NCBI GenBank assembly: GCA_965649765.1
Contig: OZ287758.1
Span: 16,616,001 to 16,680,000 of the forward strand
Direction: 5' to 3'
Origin: Bispira polyomma
Taxonomy: Eukaryota
Length of the DNA stretch: 64,000 nt
Shown here: positions 53,227 to 64,000 of the stretch, one piece after another
Numbering within the stretch: position 1 is the first letter of the stretch
Layout: every line of letters begins with the position of its first letter
Position numbers and translations under genes: made by a program
The notes under the pieces: generated by a model
Seen by the model: only the letters and a program-made list of their open reading frames with translations
Database searches by the model: none
What the model was told of the DNA's origin: nothing

Positions 53227-54849
53227 ATGAGCACAGTTCAGATGAGTCGTGACCTGAACACTCAGGCGGCAGCCTTTCTACATGACCACTTCCAAGACAG
53301 TATAAATGAGGATGGCCTCAAAGTGGTCACAGACTGGATCTCCACCAAACTGGAGGAAGAGCGACAAGGCTGGAGAAAGAAAGTGCAGATGTCCTTCAAA
53401 GAGGTAGAAAAGGAACGGAAATTGGGACTTTCTACCCAGGCGGCTGTCCAGAGAATCGTCAAGCTGTTTGATCCGTATCTGGAGCCACTGTATCTGTACC
53501 GGGAACCAAGCCAGTATCACAGTGCAGAGTCAGACAGTCGGGTGGAAAATGTGGAACAGCTAGAGAAGAACATCCAGGCCATACTCAGACTCTTAGACCA
53601 ATACCAAGAGGAGAGGATAGAGTGTCTACAATACCTCAACATTGCCGAGCAGGAAGTCAACCTGGCAGAAGTTTTCAGGAAGAGAACGACCAGACTGGAA
53701 CAGCAATTGGACAGAACGGAGACAGAATGGAAGGAAACTGAGCATAGACTACTGCAGGAAATACAGACTACTAACGAAGCCCTGGATATGCAGACCAAAC
53801 TGGCGAATGACCAGAAGGAGAAAAATGGTAAAGAAATAGCAGAAACCAGGAGACTATTAGGAGAACTCAAGGTCAAGGTAAAAAGTATGCCTGTCCCAGG
53901 GCTTAAACTGGTGAACAGAGGAGTGCAAGTGAACATAGTGAGGAAGAAAGCCACTCGCGAATGTTGTATACAAGTCAGTCTGGATTTGACTGGTGATAAT
54001 GGCTTGGCAAAGAACAAGAACATTTTGAGAGGGACAGATGATCAAACAGAAGGAAAACAAATAGATATCATGGATCTGCAGCCACCTTCAGAATCAGGTT
54101 CAACCCATCCGGGAATATCATCTATAACTATTGTCAAACAAAGAGGAAACAAAGGCAATCACCAGAAAAATCAATTGAAGAAGCAAGGTTTGGAGAAAGG
54201 TTTAGCTCCTGTAATGCACACGAGAGGGGAAGCCCTTATGGCGTCATCAAGCCAGACTTCTAGTTTCAGTGACTTTGGCAATGATCTGTATAAGAAGTCT
54301 GAGCAATATGCAGAAACTGACTCCCAACATCAAACTATAGCCTTTTTGAGAAATCAAGTGGTTGACTTTGCCAACAAGCTGGGTAAAGCCAAACATGAGG
54401 TGGAAAAATATCATGAACATGTGGCCTTCAAAAAAAGTAAGATAAATGGATACTCCCAAAGTAATCAACCAGATACAGACAGATCAAGCTACACCTCGAG
54501 GTCTATCTATGACTTTAGACACGATGAACTCAGAGGTTTTCTTTCCGGTGTAAAAGTCAAAGACGGTGGTACACAGTCGGCACGTAATCACCAGCAGCCA
54601 ATGAAAAGTGACAGTCAAAAGCCAATCAAAGCCATGCTTTCATACAGTGGGACAGGCAAGTGTCTGAGGTGTAACAAACTCTACAAAGTCAAGGAGAACA
54701 CAAACACCTGCTGTAAGTTTCACACTAAGAACAAAAAAAACTTTGAAAAGTATGACTCCAATGGAAAACTTCAGAAAGTGATACAACTCTGGGAATGTTG
54801 TATGCACGGCTCTGATTATGAGGGCTGTCAGTTAGGACAACATATATGA
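53227..54849 (+). CDS. Uncharacterized 540-aa coiled-coil protein with a C-terminal Cys/His zinc-binding module
   Basis: Uninterrupted 1623-nt ORF with higher GC than its flanks; E/K/Q/L heptad-rich region at about aa 100-220; CLRC...CCKFH...WECC...GC...H C-terminus; upstream acceptor TTCAG at 53216 and in-frame TAA at 53218. Confidence 0.88.
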   Translation: MSTVQMSRDLNTQAAAFLHDHFQDSINEDGLKVVTDWISTKLEEERQGWRKKVQMSFKEVEKERKLGLSTQAAVQRIVKLFDPYLEPLYLYREPSQYHSAESDSRVENVEQLEKNIQAILRLLDQYQEERIECLQYLNIAEQEVNLAEVFRKRTTRLEQQLDRTETEWKETEHRLLQEIQTTNEALDMQTKLANDQKEKNGKEIAETRRLLGELKVKVKSMPVPGLKLVNRGVQVNIVRKKATRECCIQVSLDLTGDNGLAKNKNILRGTDDQTEGKQIDIMDLQPPSESGSTHPGISSITIVKQRGNKGNHQKNQLKKQGLEKGLAPVMHTRGEALMASSSQTSSFSDFGNDLYKKSEQYAETDSQHQTIAFLRNQVVDFANKLGKAKHEVEKYHEHVAFKKSKINGYSQSNQPDTDRSSYTSRSIYDFRHDELRGFLSGVKVKDGGTQSARNHQQPMKSDSQKPIKAMLSYSGTGKCLRCNKLYKVKENTNTCCKFHTKNKKNFEKYDSNGKLQKVIQLWECCMHGSDYEGCQLGQHI

Positions 54850-55859
54850 GTCTAAGAGTTATGATTTAGTGTTAGTATTTAAAATTGTAATATGTGATAA
54901 AAGATACTTTAATTCCTTATATAACCCCTTCTGGGATATATCATTTACCTGCGATAGGATTCAGACAAATGCATCATCACATTTTTATTTAACTCATAAA
55001 ATTTTAATATACAAAAAATAATATTGCATGATATAAATATTAAAATATATTATAATTTTATTTTTGCGACTGCTTGTCAATGGACATATTACCTGCAAAT
55101 AAGATGCTGTGTTGACTGTTTGTGGACCAATGTCGGAGTAAAAGGGTTAACGCGGGTAACAATACTCTTTGTAAGTCAACTCTCGTATGAAATAATGGAT
55201 AACAAGCTTGATTTTCATGTTTACAGTTTTGAAAATTAGTCTTTATCCCCAGCAACACAAAAACGAGGAGAACTTTGATCACTTTGATGAAGATAATGAA
55301 ACCATTAGATTAATTATTGTACTTGTACTGTATCTTTGCACCTGTTAACCCAAGAAATAAACATCTCAATCTACAAGTCAAATTTTCAAATGTTGATTAT
55401 ATACTGTGAAATGAATATCTTTAGGATAGCTCTACTGCATCCTCAATGATTAGGTAACCCAAGCAAGAGGATACCATGTATTATGTATTCATGTATTATT
55501 TATTGTAAGAACGGCTTCCAGAAACATATTGAAACTCAGTGTGTGGTTTCACTTGAAAAGCCACACTTGACCATTGTGTTCAGCTGTTTGTCCCTCAGTT
55601 TGTCGTTGTGTTTAACTTTTGTCATGTGTGTTGGATATCTACAGATGTTTGGTTTGAAACTTGGTATGTATGTTCATTGTTGGGATCAAACCTTCCTGTT
55701 GTTATAGCTGTTGGTTAATGTAATTGGTAATATGACATGTGTACATTTTAATGTGTTGTCTACAGATTTCAGAAACTTGCGATACAGTAAACAATTTCAA
55801 GTTGATTTTTGACCATACATCTACTGTCCATTTTTCGTCTGGCCATATCTACTGATGTC

Positions 55860-56165
55860 TCTCCATACCTTAAAAATTACATTGGCTTCCCATTCATTAT
55901 AAAATCCTGTTTAAAATCCATGTCGCCACTTTCGAAGCTGTTGTGTCTCAACAGTCCGTCTTCTCTTCAGTAACCTCAAGATAGGAAAGATACTCTTCGT
56001 TACGTCTTTTAAACTCACTAAGAGGGCTGGATCTAGAGCTTTCTCAATCACTGCATCTATGTTATGGAATGGCGTACCAGATGAGCTTGGAAAACTAGAA
56101 ACACTTTCTGGGTTTGGATCAAAAAATAAAACCTCTCTTTTCAAACTAGCTTACCCCTTAGTTCC
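55860..56165 (+). mobile_element. 3' fragment of an L2/CR1-like LINE
   Basis: LHWLPIHYKILFKI ... RAFSITASMLWNGVP...KTSLFKLAY. Confidence 0.85.
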
Positions 56166-56248
56166 CTCCATGTACACTCCCACATCATTCCGTACAACCT
56201 TCCGTACATCAAATTTCGCCCCCAGACACAGGTGTATTATTGGGTATA

Positions 56249-56550
56249 TATAGTATTAGCCCTACAAAATAGTATCAGTTCTACAATATAGTATTGTTCC
56301 TACAATATAGTATTAGTCCTATTATATAGTATTAGTCCTACAATATGTTATCAGTCCTACAATCTAGTATTGGGCCTAGTATTAGTCATACAATCTAGTA
56401 TTGGCCTAGTATTAGTCCTACAATCTAGTATTGGTCATATAATATAGTATTAGTCATATAATATAGTATTGGTCATATAATATAGTATTAGTCATATAAT
56501 ATAGTATTAGTCCTACAATTTAGTAATAATCTTACAATACAGTATTAGTC
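56249..56550. repeat. 19-bp minisatellite (TATAGTATTAGTCCTACAA), ~15 copies
   Basis: Direct inspection. Confidence 0.92.
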
Positions 56551-56788
56551 ATCACCAGAAAGCACCCATCTCCCAATGATTACTGTGATGTTACCTGGAA
56601 CTGAAGCTGACACCCTCAAATTACAAGACCAACACAAAACTAGGCCACAGAAAATCTAATGGCTTCATGATTAAAAAATTAGTTAGAAATATATAAAGCT
56701 TTAGAGATATTAAATAATTGTAAAAAAGTTTTTTATTTTGACAAGAACTGAATTTACCCTGCTATAGAATAAAGAGTATCAATTTCTT

Positions 56789-56793
<5 letters not shown>

Positions 56794-56824
<31 letters not shown>

Positions 56825-57420
56825 TATTCGTACTCAAAGTACAATTTTTTATAACATGATAGGAACAAACAAAAACAGAAAAAAAACATGTATATATGTA
56901 CATAATAAAGAATACTACATGTTATAATATACTGTACATACGTATTTTAATATAGAGTTGTTCCATGATATTACATCAGCCATTGCCTTTGCACATATAC
57001 CATTCTGATTGTTCTTAGCAAACCGAATAGAGTAATGATATTGAGCTCATGTCCTCCGTCTTATTTCAGCAATGATACCATTATGTGGAGAACCATTACT
57101 TCTCCACAAATTATGCCAGAAGATGGCTGATTGCTTTTTAGAACATACAAATTCATTCCAACCAGGAATATTACCTTTCTTATTAACTGTATTGGTAGTA
57201 GGAATACACATATTAGCAGCATCTACATGAGCATTTATAATGGCTACATGAAAATTATTTATGTGCTCTTTATGTATATCACAGAAGTAGTCATTACATT
57301 TTAATGCATCCCATGGGATATTAATTTAACTCAAAGTAAGATCAATCAAAGACTGATAATTATCAATGTCCACATCAGTGGACCTTTCCCAACAAATGGA
57401 TTTTTTGCTTTGTTATTATT
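56794..57420 (-). mobile_element. LINE ORF2 fragment (endonuclease-RT linker region) next to a (TA)n tract
   Basis: Minus strand reads CIPT...IPGWNEFV..KKQSAIFWHNLWRSNGSPHNGIIAEIRRRT*AQYHYSIR, a typical invertebrate CR1/L2-group linker; (TA)n at 56794-56821. Confidence 0.75.
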
Positions 57421-57783
57421 ATACATAGGTTTTAATTTTATCTGAGAGAGTATCATTTCAGAGTTGAAATGAATCATAGAAAGTATTGGACAAAAGAACC
57501 TATAATGAGAGAGGGAGAGTAATATCATTTGATAGGTCTGACACTGAGGTATAGTAAACTCTTCAACTTATTATCAAAGGAATCACCCAGATCAATAAAC
57601 CAACAATGAAGACAGAATGGAGCAGGCATTGTTCCTATCATCACATGTTTATTCTTATTTCAATGCTGAAACTGTGTATAATATAGTTGATGCATCTGGT
57701 GTTATATGGAAAGAATATTAAGAATAAAGTTATACTACATGGCTAAAAGCTAAGCTGTGCAACTCGGGAAATCAAATAACATT

Positions 57784-59511
57784 ATGACTAGCAAAGCCAA
57801 AAGAATGTCATTCCGGAAAACAATCAACCAGTTCTTAATATTTGCTTTGGCCTCTGTTTTTGTGACTGTGCTATTGTTTCATATATACATAAGCACAGTG
57901 TTAGATAAAAAAGAGAAATCTGGGGAGGCCCACAGTCAGTTTACTTGGAATGAAGCCAGTTTTCTTGGAATAAAGAACAATAGTGGAAACTTCTCAAATT
58001 TAGCACACAATATCTCCAAACTACAACATACTCCTGCTGCAGTACTTGGGGAAGGAGGACATATTGAGGGACACCTGGAACAGAGAGATGTACCAATAGA
58101 AAGCTTTAAAATACAAAACACAACAACTATAGAAGTGGTACTCATGAAAAATGTTAAAAACGAAGTACTGACAGATAACAGTCAGATTGTGACGCCATTG
58201 ATTAGGAATAAAAACAGTTCAAATTCTGGACTGCAGGTTAATAAAGGTATAAACATTACTAAGGACATCAACCATGCATTCAGGATGAAATTAGATCCAG
58301 ACATCTACCAAGATGACATGTTGGCTAAAAAGAAGAAGTTTTTCAAAGTGATTGAATTGTTTGACAGTAGTCAGGATACAGAGAATGAGTTGTATTGTGG
58401 TGGACGCATAGAGATATATAACAGAGTCATGGTAGTGTTTAACCAGGTTTACCTTGATCCTACCCACACTACTATTATAATGAAAGAAGGTAATTCAAGC
58501 ATGGTACACAAGGAATATCTTTTCCATAAGGGTTTATTCACCTTAAAAAGGCCATGCGATGTATCAAATATGGAAGGAATTCTTCAAACTCATGTAGCCA
58601 ACAGGTCTGCGTATGTGAGTCAGTTTGTAGATGCTACAGAACTCAGAGAAGATAGAACAGCTAAGTATAAGTCGGCTCATCCAAACTTTACCATCATCTT
58701 TGCCAGGTACGACTATGCCAATGTATACTGGACTATAGTAGAACTGTATGACCTCTTCCTTATGACCAGGTATCTGAAACAGGACCCAAAGATGACCACT
58801 ATAGTTTTCGCTGACCTTTGGCCTACCAGTCATCTGGATAAGATCTGGGACTGTTTCAGAGAGGTGAAGAGTCTGCGGGAGTATCGTAATCCTCTTATAT
58901 TATCTAAACTTGCCTGGAAGTATTCGCGGAAGTACAGCCCGGCTCTTCAGATGTTAGTTATGGACATCCCACTACTTCTAGAGTTCAAACAGTTCATCCT
59001 CTCTGGGCATGGGATATCTGCAAAACCTACACGATCTTGCTCTGAGAAACGTCTAAACGTTTTGTTTGTCTGGCGCAGAAACTACTTGGCACATCTTGCC
59101 AATCCAGAGGGTCTCATATCCAGAAAGATCAAGAATGAAGAAGAGATACTGCAAGCTGCTGTGAAGACATTCCCAAGTTTTAATATAACCGGTCAGCAGT
59201 TAGATCTCTACAGTATCAGCCTACAGTTGAAGTTTATTTCTCAAGCAGACATTCTGATAGGCATGCACGGTGCAGCTATGGCATTCTCACCTTTCTTACA
59301 AGAGAGGGGTGTGGTAATTGAGATGTTTCCCTCTTCCTACCATGGGATGAACTGGCACATGCAGAAACTGGCTCAGTGGAGTGGTCATACCCACCTGTAC
59401 TGGAAAAACAGTAATTCGACACTAGAAGATACAGCATTGCAGTACACCACTATACCACCATCTCAAGTGATACATCTCCTCACTGAGGCACATAAGATCA
59501 TATGTAAGTAG
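57784..59511 (+). CDS. GT61-family glycosyltransferase, beta-1,2-xylosyltransferase (XYLT)-like, type II membrane, 575 aa, single coding exon
   Basis: First ATG at 57784; short basic tail, TM segment FLIFALASVFVTVLLFHIYI and an N-glycosylated stem; FVWRRNYLAH...SRKIKNEEEI and QADILIGMHGAAM..SPFL...VIEMFP motifs of GT61/XYLT. Confidence 0.92.
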   Translation: MTSKAKRMSFRKTINQFLIFALASVFVTVLLFHIYISTVLDKKEKSGEAHSQFTWNEASFLGIKNNSGNFSNLAHNISKLQHTPAAVLGEGGHIEGHLEQRDVPIESFKIQNTTTIEVVLMKNVKNEVLTDNSQIVTPLIRNKNSSNSGLQVNKGINITKDINHAFRMKLDPDIYQDDMLAKKKKFFKVIELFDSSQDTENELYCGGRIEIYNRVMVVFNQVYLDPTHTTIIMKEGNSSMVHKEYLFHKGLFTLKRPCDVSNMEGILQTHVANRSAYVSQFVDATELREDRTAKYKSAHPNFTIIFARYDYANVYWTIVELYDLFLMTRYLKQDPKMTTIVFADLWPTSHLDKIWDCFREVKSLREYRNPLILSKLAWKYSRKYSPALQMLVMDIPLLLEFKQFILSGHGISAKPTRSCSEKRLNVLFVWRRNYLAHLANPEGLISRKIKNEEEILQAAVKTFPSFNITGQQLDLYSISLQLKFISQADILIGMHGAAMAFSPFLQERGVVIEMFPSSYHGMNWHMQKLAQWSGHTHLYWKNSNSTLEDTALQYTTIPPSQVIHLLTEAHKIICK

Positions 59512-60935
59512 TGTAGTGTTACATGGTTACATCTGGTCAGACAGGTAAAAGAACACTCGAAGACACTGGAAATGGCAGTAAAAGTCTGTGAGGAAAACAA
59601 ACTGAGATGCGGAATAACACTCTCCGTTTTGTAAGTGTATTTACTCCGGGATGGTAAACAAATGTAAAGTAATCGATAAATATGTGAATCATTCTAATTT
59701 AAGTTAGTGAATTGGATATTTTTATATGTAAAATTTAATTTTGTAACACTTAACTTGTATTTTAAGCTTTATAAATATTTGGGTTATAGCTTTTCATTTG
59801 GTATTGTATATTGATAATATGAATGTAAGTATGACAAAATATAGTACTTAAGAGCTGTAAAGCTACTGTTATGTGGTTAAACTGTACTACTTGATTGTAT
59901 CAGTAAGCTTAGTTTTTTTGTTGAACCTTTCAACAAGACTTAATGTATAATGAATGTGGTTTCACGTAAGGTGTGTTTTTTTTCGAATTTGTTCCCAGCC
60001 AAATTAAAAAAAAATTCTATACCGTTACACTGCGTTATTGATTAAAAGACAATGTATAGATTTAACTTATGTACATGAATCAATTATTCATTTAACCATC
60101 ATGACTTTAAACAATTTTTAATCTTACGTCATTAACCTTTTATGATGGTACCTAAAACTTAAGTATAGATTTAATATGTACTCATAAATGTACATAATTC
60201 CATTGCGTACATATATAAACCACTGCATAAAAACTGTACAGGTCCACAAAGTCCTCATATATGATTTGTGTAGAATGAGGTAAATGTATTTTAATTTGAT
60301 ACTACTGGCATATCTAGTACATAGATAATATTGCTGGTATTTAATTGAAATGTTAATATCAAATATATGTGCTGAATCAATCCAAGCTATGAAGTACAGA
60401 TGTATAGAAATATGTACGGAACTTGTAATGAGCGTTTTTACACCTTTTACAATGTGTCTTATTACACTGGCTAGGATTTATCATTTCTGAAGCTGAAAAT
60501 ATCTTAAAATATAGAAATCTTACTTCAATTTCGAAATTTTAATAGAAACCGTGTCACATCCAATAATTTGAATTCATTGCTACACTGTTCATTATCATTA
60601 GCTTCCTAATTGAAACTTTAAACCTATCAATATATAATTCAAATTATCATTAAACATTGACAGAAAAATAAAACGTTGACAGATAATAAAATTAAGATTT
60701 TAACTTTCAACAGTCACTGCAAATAAGAAATAATTGACACTTCAGTCACTAAATATAAAGCCTGTGTCGTAGGCATACGTTTAATAGTTGACGGTACTGA
60801 TTGGTAACAAGACAGGGTGAAAACACCGAGCCAATCAGACGTCCAGTAATGGTCACCTTGTACATTAGGGCTTTTCTCACCTTTCCTCTATGGGTGATTC
60901 TTATTCTAGAAACCAGAGAGGAAAGTCATAATGAA

Positions 60936-61860
60936 TCCCTTTCACGGCGGCCATATTGCAAACGCTAAAGAGAAATCATTTTATGGAAACAATTTTTGGG
61001 AATTAAAGTCTTTTTATGTGAAGTATTTAGTTGTCGTGCTTATAATACTTGGTTATATTAAATCTAGACATTATCAGTTTTTGTGATGCTACAAACAATG
61101 ATATTAAGTGGCTCAGATTTGGTTAAAGATTAGAATATTTGGGGTTCAATTCCATTGCTCGGGGGGGGGGGGGGGGGGGGGTGAGATCCATGCCAAAATC
61201 CTGGGTGTCACTTTCGATTCAGCTTTTTCATTCGATACTCATATTGCCAACTTCTGTTGCTCCTGCTATTACCACATACGCGACATCAAAAGAATCAGAC
61301 TCTCCGTCACTTCGGTTAGACCAATCAGAAAGGCGGGATTCAGAACGTTCTCCACTGCAGCTCCATGGTTATGGAACAGTCTCCCAGTCGACCTCGGTTC
61401 AGTTGACACACTTATCGGTTTTAGGAAAAAGCTTAAAACCTATCTTTTTAATCTTGCCTACCCACCTTAGCTTCCCTCGTGCACGCTCCCACTTCGTTCC
61501 TTACGACTTTGCAATTTCCATAGACTTAATGATTGGACGAATGATTCTGCTGTTGCTCTTTGGAAGATGCCTAGCATCAATAAAGATCGTTAAAAATTTA
61601 TAATAATAATAATAATGTGACAATAAAACAGTCTAAAGATCAGATATGTAACAGTTTGAAAACTGTTGAAATAATCCAAACATAACTTCATGCATCATGT
61701 TGGTTCTCCTAATTTGATTTGGAAAATTTTGTATTAGATCGTTTCATTTAGGAGATACCCTTTGATTCTGACTATGGCCAGACCATGACATATGTATTTG
61801 AATTTGCAATTCAAGTCTGAACTTGAATATAAGAAATTAAAGCAAAATGGCGTGAAGGGA
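60936..61860. mobile_element. Possible TIR element hosting the LINE fragment
   Basis: TCCCTTTCACGGCGGCCATATTGC versus GCAAAATGGCGTGAAGGGA (imperfect inverted match). Confidence 0.45.
61182..61616 (+). mobile_element. 5'-truncated, internally deleted L2/CR1-like LINE 3' end with a (TAA)n tail
   Basis: LGVTFDS..SF..HI...C..YYHIRDIKRIR fused to RTFSTAAPWLWNSLP...FRKKLKTYLF; (TAA)n at 61599-61616; poly-G at 61161-61181. Confidence 0.88.
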
Positions 61861-64000
61861 ACAAGATCAAAAGTGTTTACAGATAAAAAACTAGACCAAT
61901 AACTTATTCAGCGAAAACAACCATTTCCTAGTAGTTTCTATCAGGCCAGCTTGATATTGTTTTCACTCTGAAAAGGGCGCGACAATGATGCCACTATGGT
62001 AGAAATAATATGTAAAGCCTTCATGGATTGGTTGAAAGCAACTGACCTGAAGACTGATTCGATTAAATAGTGCAGCTTTTATTCGAACCTGCACTAAATG
62101 TAATGGTTATTTCCTTAGCTCATGCCCTAGCCCTCCACAAAATATCACCTCATGTTATTGACAGACGAAATGTAAAGATTGGAACCTTCCAATGGGCAAA
62201 GGTAATTTGAAGAAAGATGTAAACAGTTAAATGGCTAGGGTAGTCATCATAACTTGACTATAGTAAATAACCCCCTTCCCCTCCACTTGAGGTCTCTGGA
62301 AACAGAGTGTCCCAAATCCATATATAAAATTGTTGAAAACACTGCATTAAAAACAAGAGTAGACCCTTTGTTAGGTAAGATAATGGTGTTATTGGGCACA
62401 AATGGCATTTGGCTCTTGAGACATCAACTCAAATATATAGTCATATGGCCAGGGTTGCATGGGACCCCCTATTAAGAATGTTTTACATTCACTCAGCAAA
62501 TGGATCCTCCTCCTTAACCCAGGAATTCACCCAGACCCCATTGTTGTTCGAGGACAATAGCACAGCAATATCAATATATTTGAACAGGTAATGGTTAAAT
62601 ATTCCTATTATTTTGTTATTTGACAGTTTAATAAAGTAAATCGATAGCTTAAGAACCCATTTGTTTTTTCCCATTGTTACAAGCAACAGAGCCTCGTTGT
62701 CATATGGCGCCAATGAAGAGACAATGGCATTGCCAGAAGACATTAAACTAACGCTGATAGGAGTTATGTCTATATTTGAGCTATTTTATGTTCTACAATC
62801 ATTACATATACAATAGGGTCAGTATTTTGTACAATTATAATGCCCTAAAACTTAATTCAGAGCTAATAAAACACTGCTTTGTACATCAGATGATATATAT
62901 ATATCTAAAATCCTTACATGAAGTAATCGTCTAAACTAAAATAAGTGTGCCTGTAAGGAATAATTAACAGACTGCTAATGTAATAACCACAGTAGTATGT
63001 TAGAATATCACTGGAACAGAACGAGAATGAATGGCATACAGTAAGTTGTGAAAGTATGATATAAAAGTCAAATAAATATGCTTTAAATACCAGCAAGGTT
63101 GGCTGTCATGCAATTGAGCTTTGTGACGTTGTAGAAAGAGTACCACATCCTTATTGAATCAGTTTGTAAGCAATTTTTGATATAACTTTAGTACAGAGTA
63201 AGCAATCAGAGTGAGGTATATACTCAACATATCAAAGATCAGTTAACATTTATATTTAACCGAATAACATGAACCCAATCAACAACTGTGCACTATTTTA
63301 ATACCATTGTTGAATATGATCTACCCAAAACTGCAAATGTTCCAAATTCTACTGTCAATAAGTCACCCAGTATGGAGTATTGTAGTGCTATACAATCTTC
63401 ATGTAAATATAGCACATAAATTTCACAACATAAAATTTGTTGGGTTATTTCTTCCAAGCCCTGTTTTAATTTGGCATTTAAAAGGGGCGAAAAGTATTGT
63501 CCCCTCGTCTTGGTCAACTCATCCCCAGGGATTAAGGTGGTTCTATATTTATTTGGAATTGCGGAGAACTAAAGTACCAGACCTCTTTGTGGTCGGGATT
63601 GCTAAACTTAACTTTCATCTTCTCATCAAATTTTCAGCACTAAAAGCCAGGCAGCAGATGCAGAGCCCAATCTGACCTCTATCTGATGTCTCATAAAGAA
63701 GTACTAGAGATCATGTATTAGGTGAGACCTGTTGTGGTTAGGGTCCTATTTCAGATCTTATTTTATGAGAGACAGTCATCAGGATTAGATGTAAAAAGGT
63801 ATACACACGGAGATGTGTGGATGGTTAACATATAAGATAGAATGTGAACACCCAATATACAGAATGGAATGGATGCATAGTTAATGCATAAGATAGAATG
63901 TGAACACCTAAATATACATGATAGAATTATAGAATGTAAACATCATCAACACATAAAATGACATGCATACTCGTCAATATAAATAGTACACTGTATATAT

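Noticed and set aside
53262-54468. Several antisense or overlapping ORFs (e.g. 53517..54023)
   Set aside because: Shadow frames of the 540-aa gene
57757-57783. GTG start for the glycosyltransferase
   Set aside because: Eukaryotic gene; the first ATG is at 57784

Overview
AT-rich (roughly one-third GC by eye) eukaryotic genomic DNA, most likely from a marine invertebrate; the repeat families and gene types suggest a lophotrochozoan such as a mollusc (inference). The first ~30 kb is mostly repeats: a decayed Ngaro/DIRS-type tyrosine-recombinase retrotransposon (~3.0-6.9 kb, minus strand), LINE and SINE fragments, two Harbinger-like MITEs, a 1.87-kb composite element bounded by 453-bp direct repeats inserted into a minisatellite, and an old ~6-7 kb tandem duplication with possible cadherin-like coding remnants. 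Three intact plus-strand genes follow. (1) A 9-exon, 595-aa membrane-anchored L-amino-acid-oxidase (aplysianin/achacin)-like flavoprotein, assembled by hand with consistent splice phases, whose conserved motifs are altered. (2) A single-coding-exon 540-aa coiled-coil protein with a C-terminal Cys/His zinc-binding module. (3) A single-exon 575-aa GT61 glycosyltransferase resembling plant beta-1,2-xylosyltransferase, with Trp at the conserved His position. No CRISPR, rRNA or genuine tRNA genes were seen. All assignments come from reading the sequence and recalled family motifs; no searches were run.
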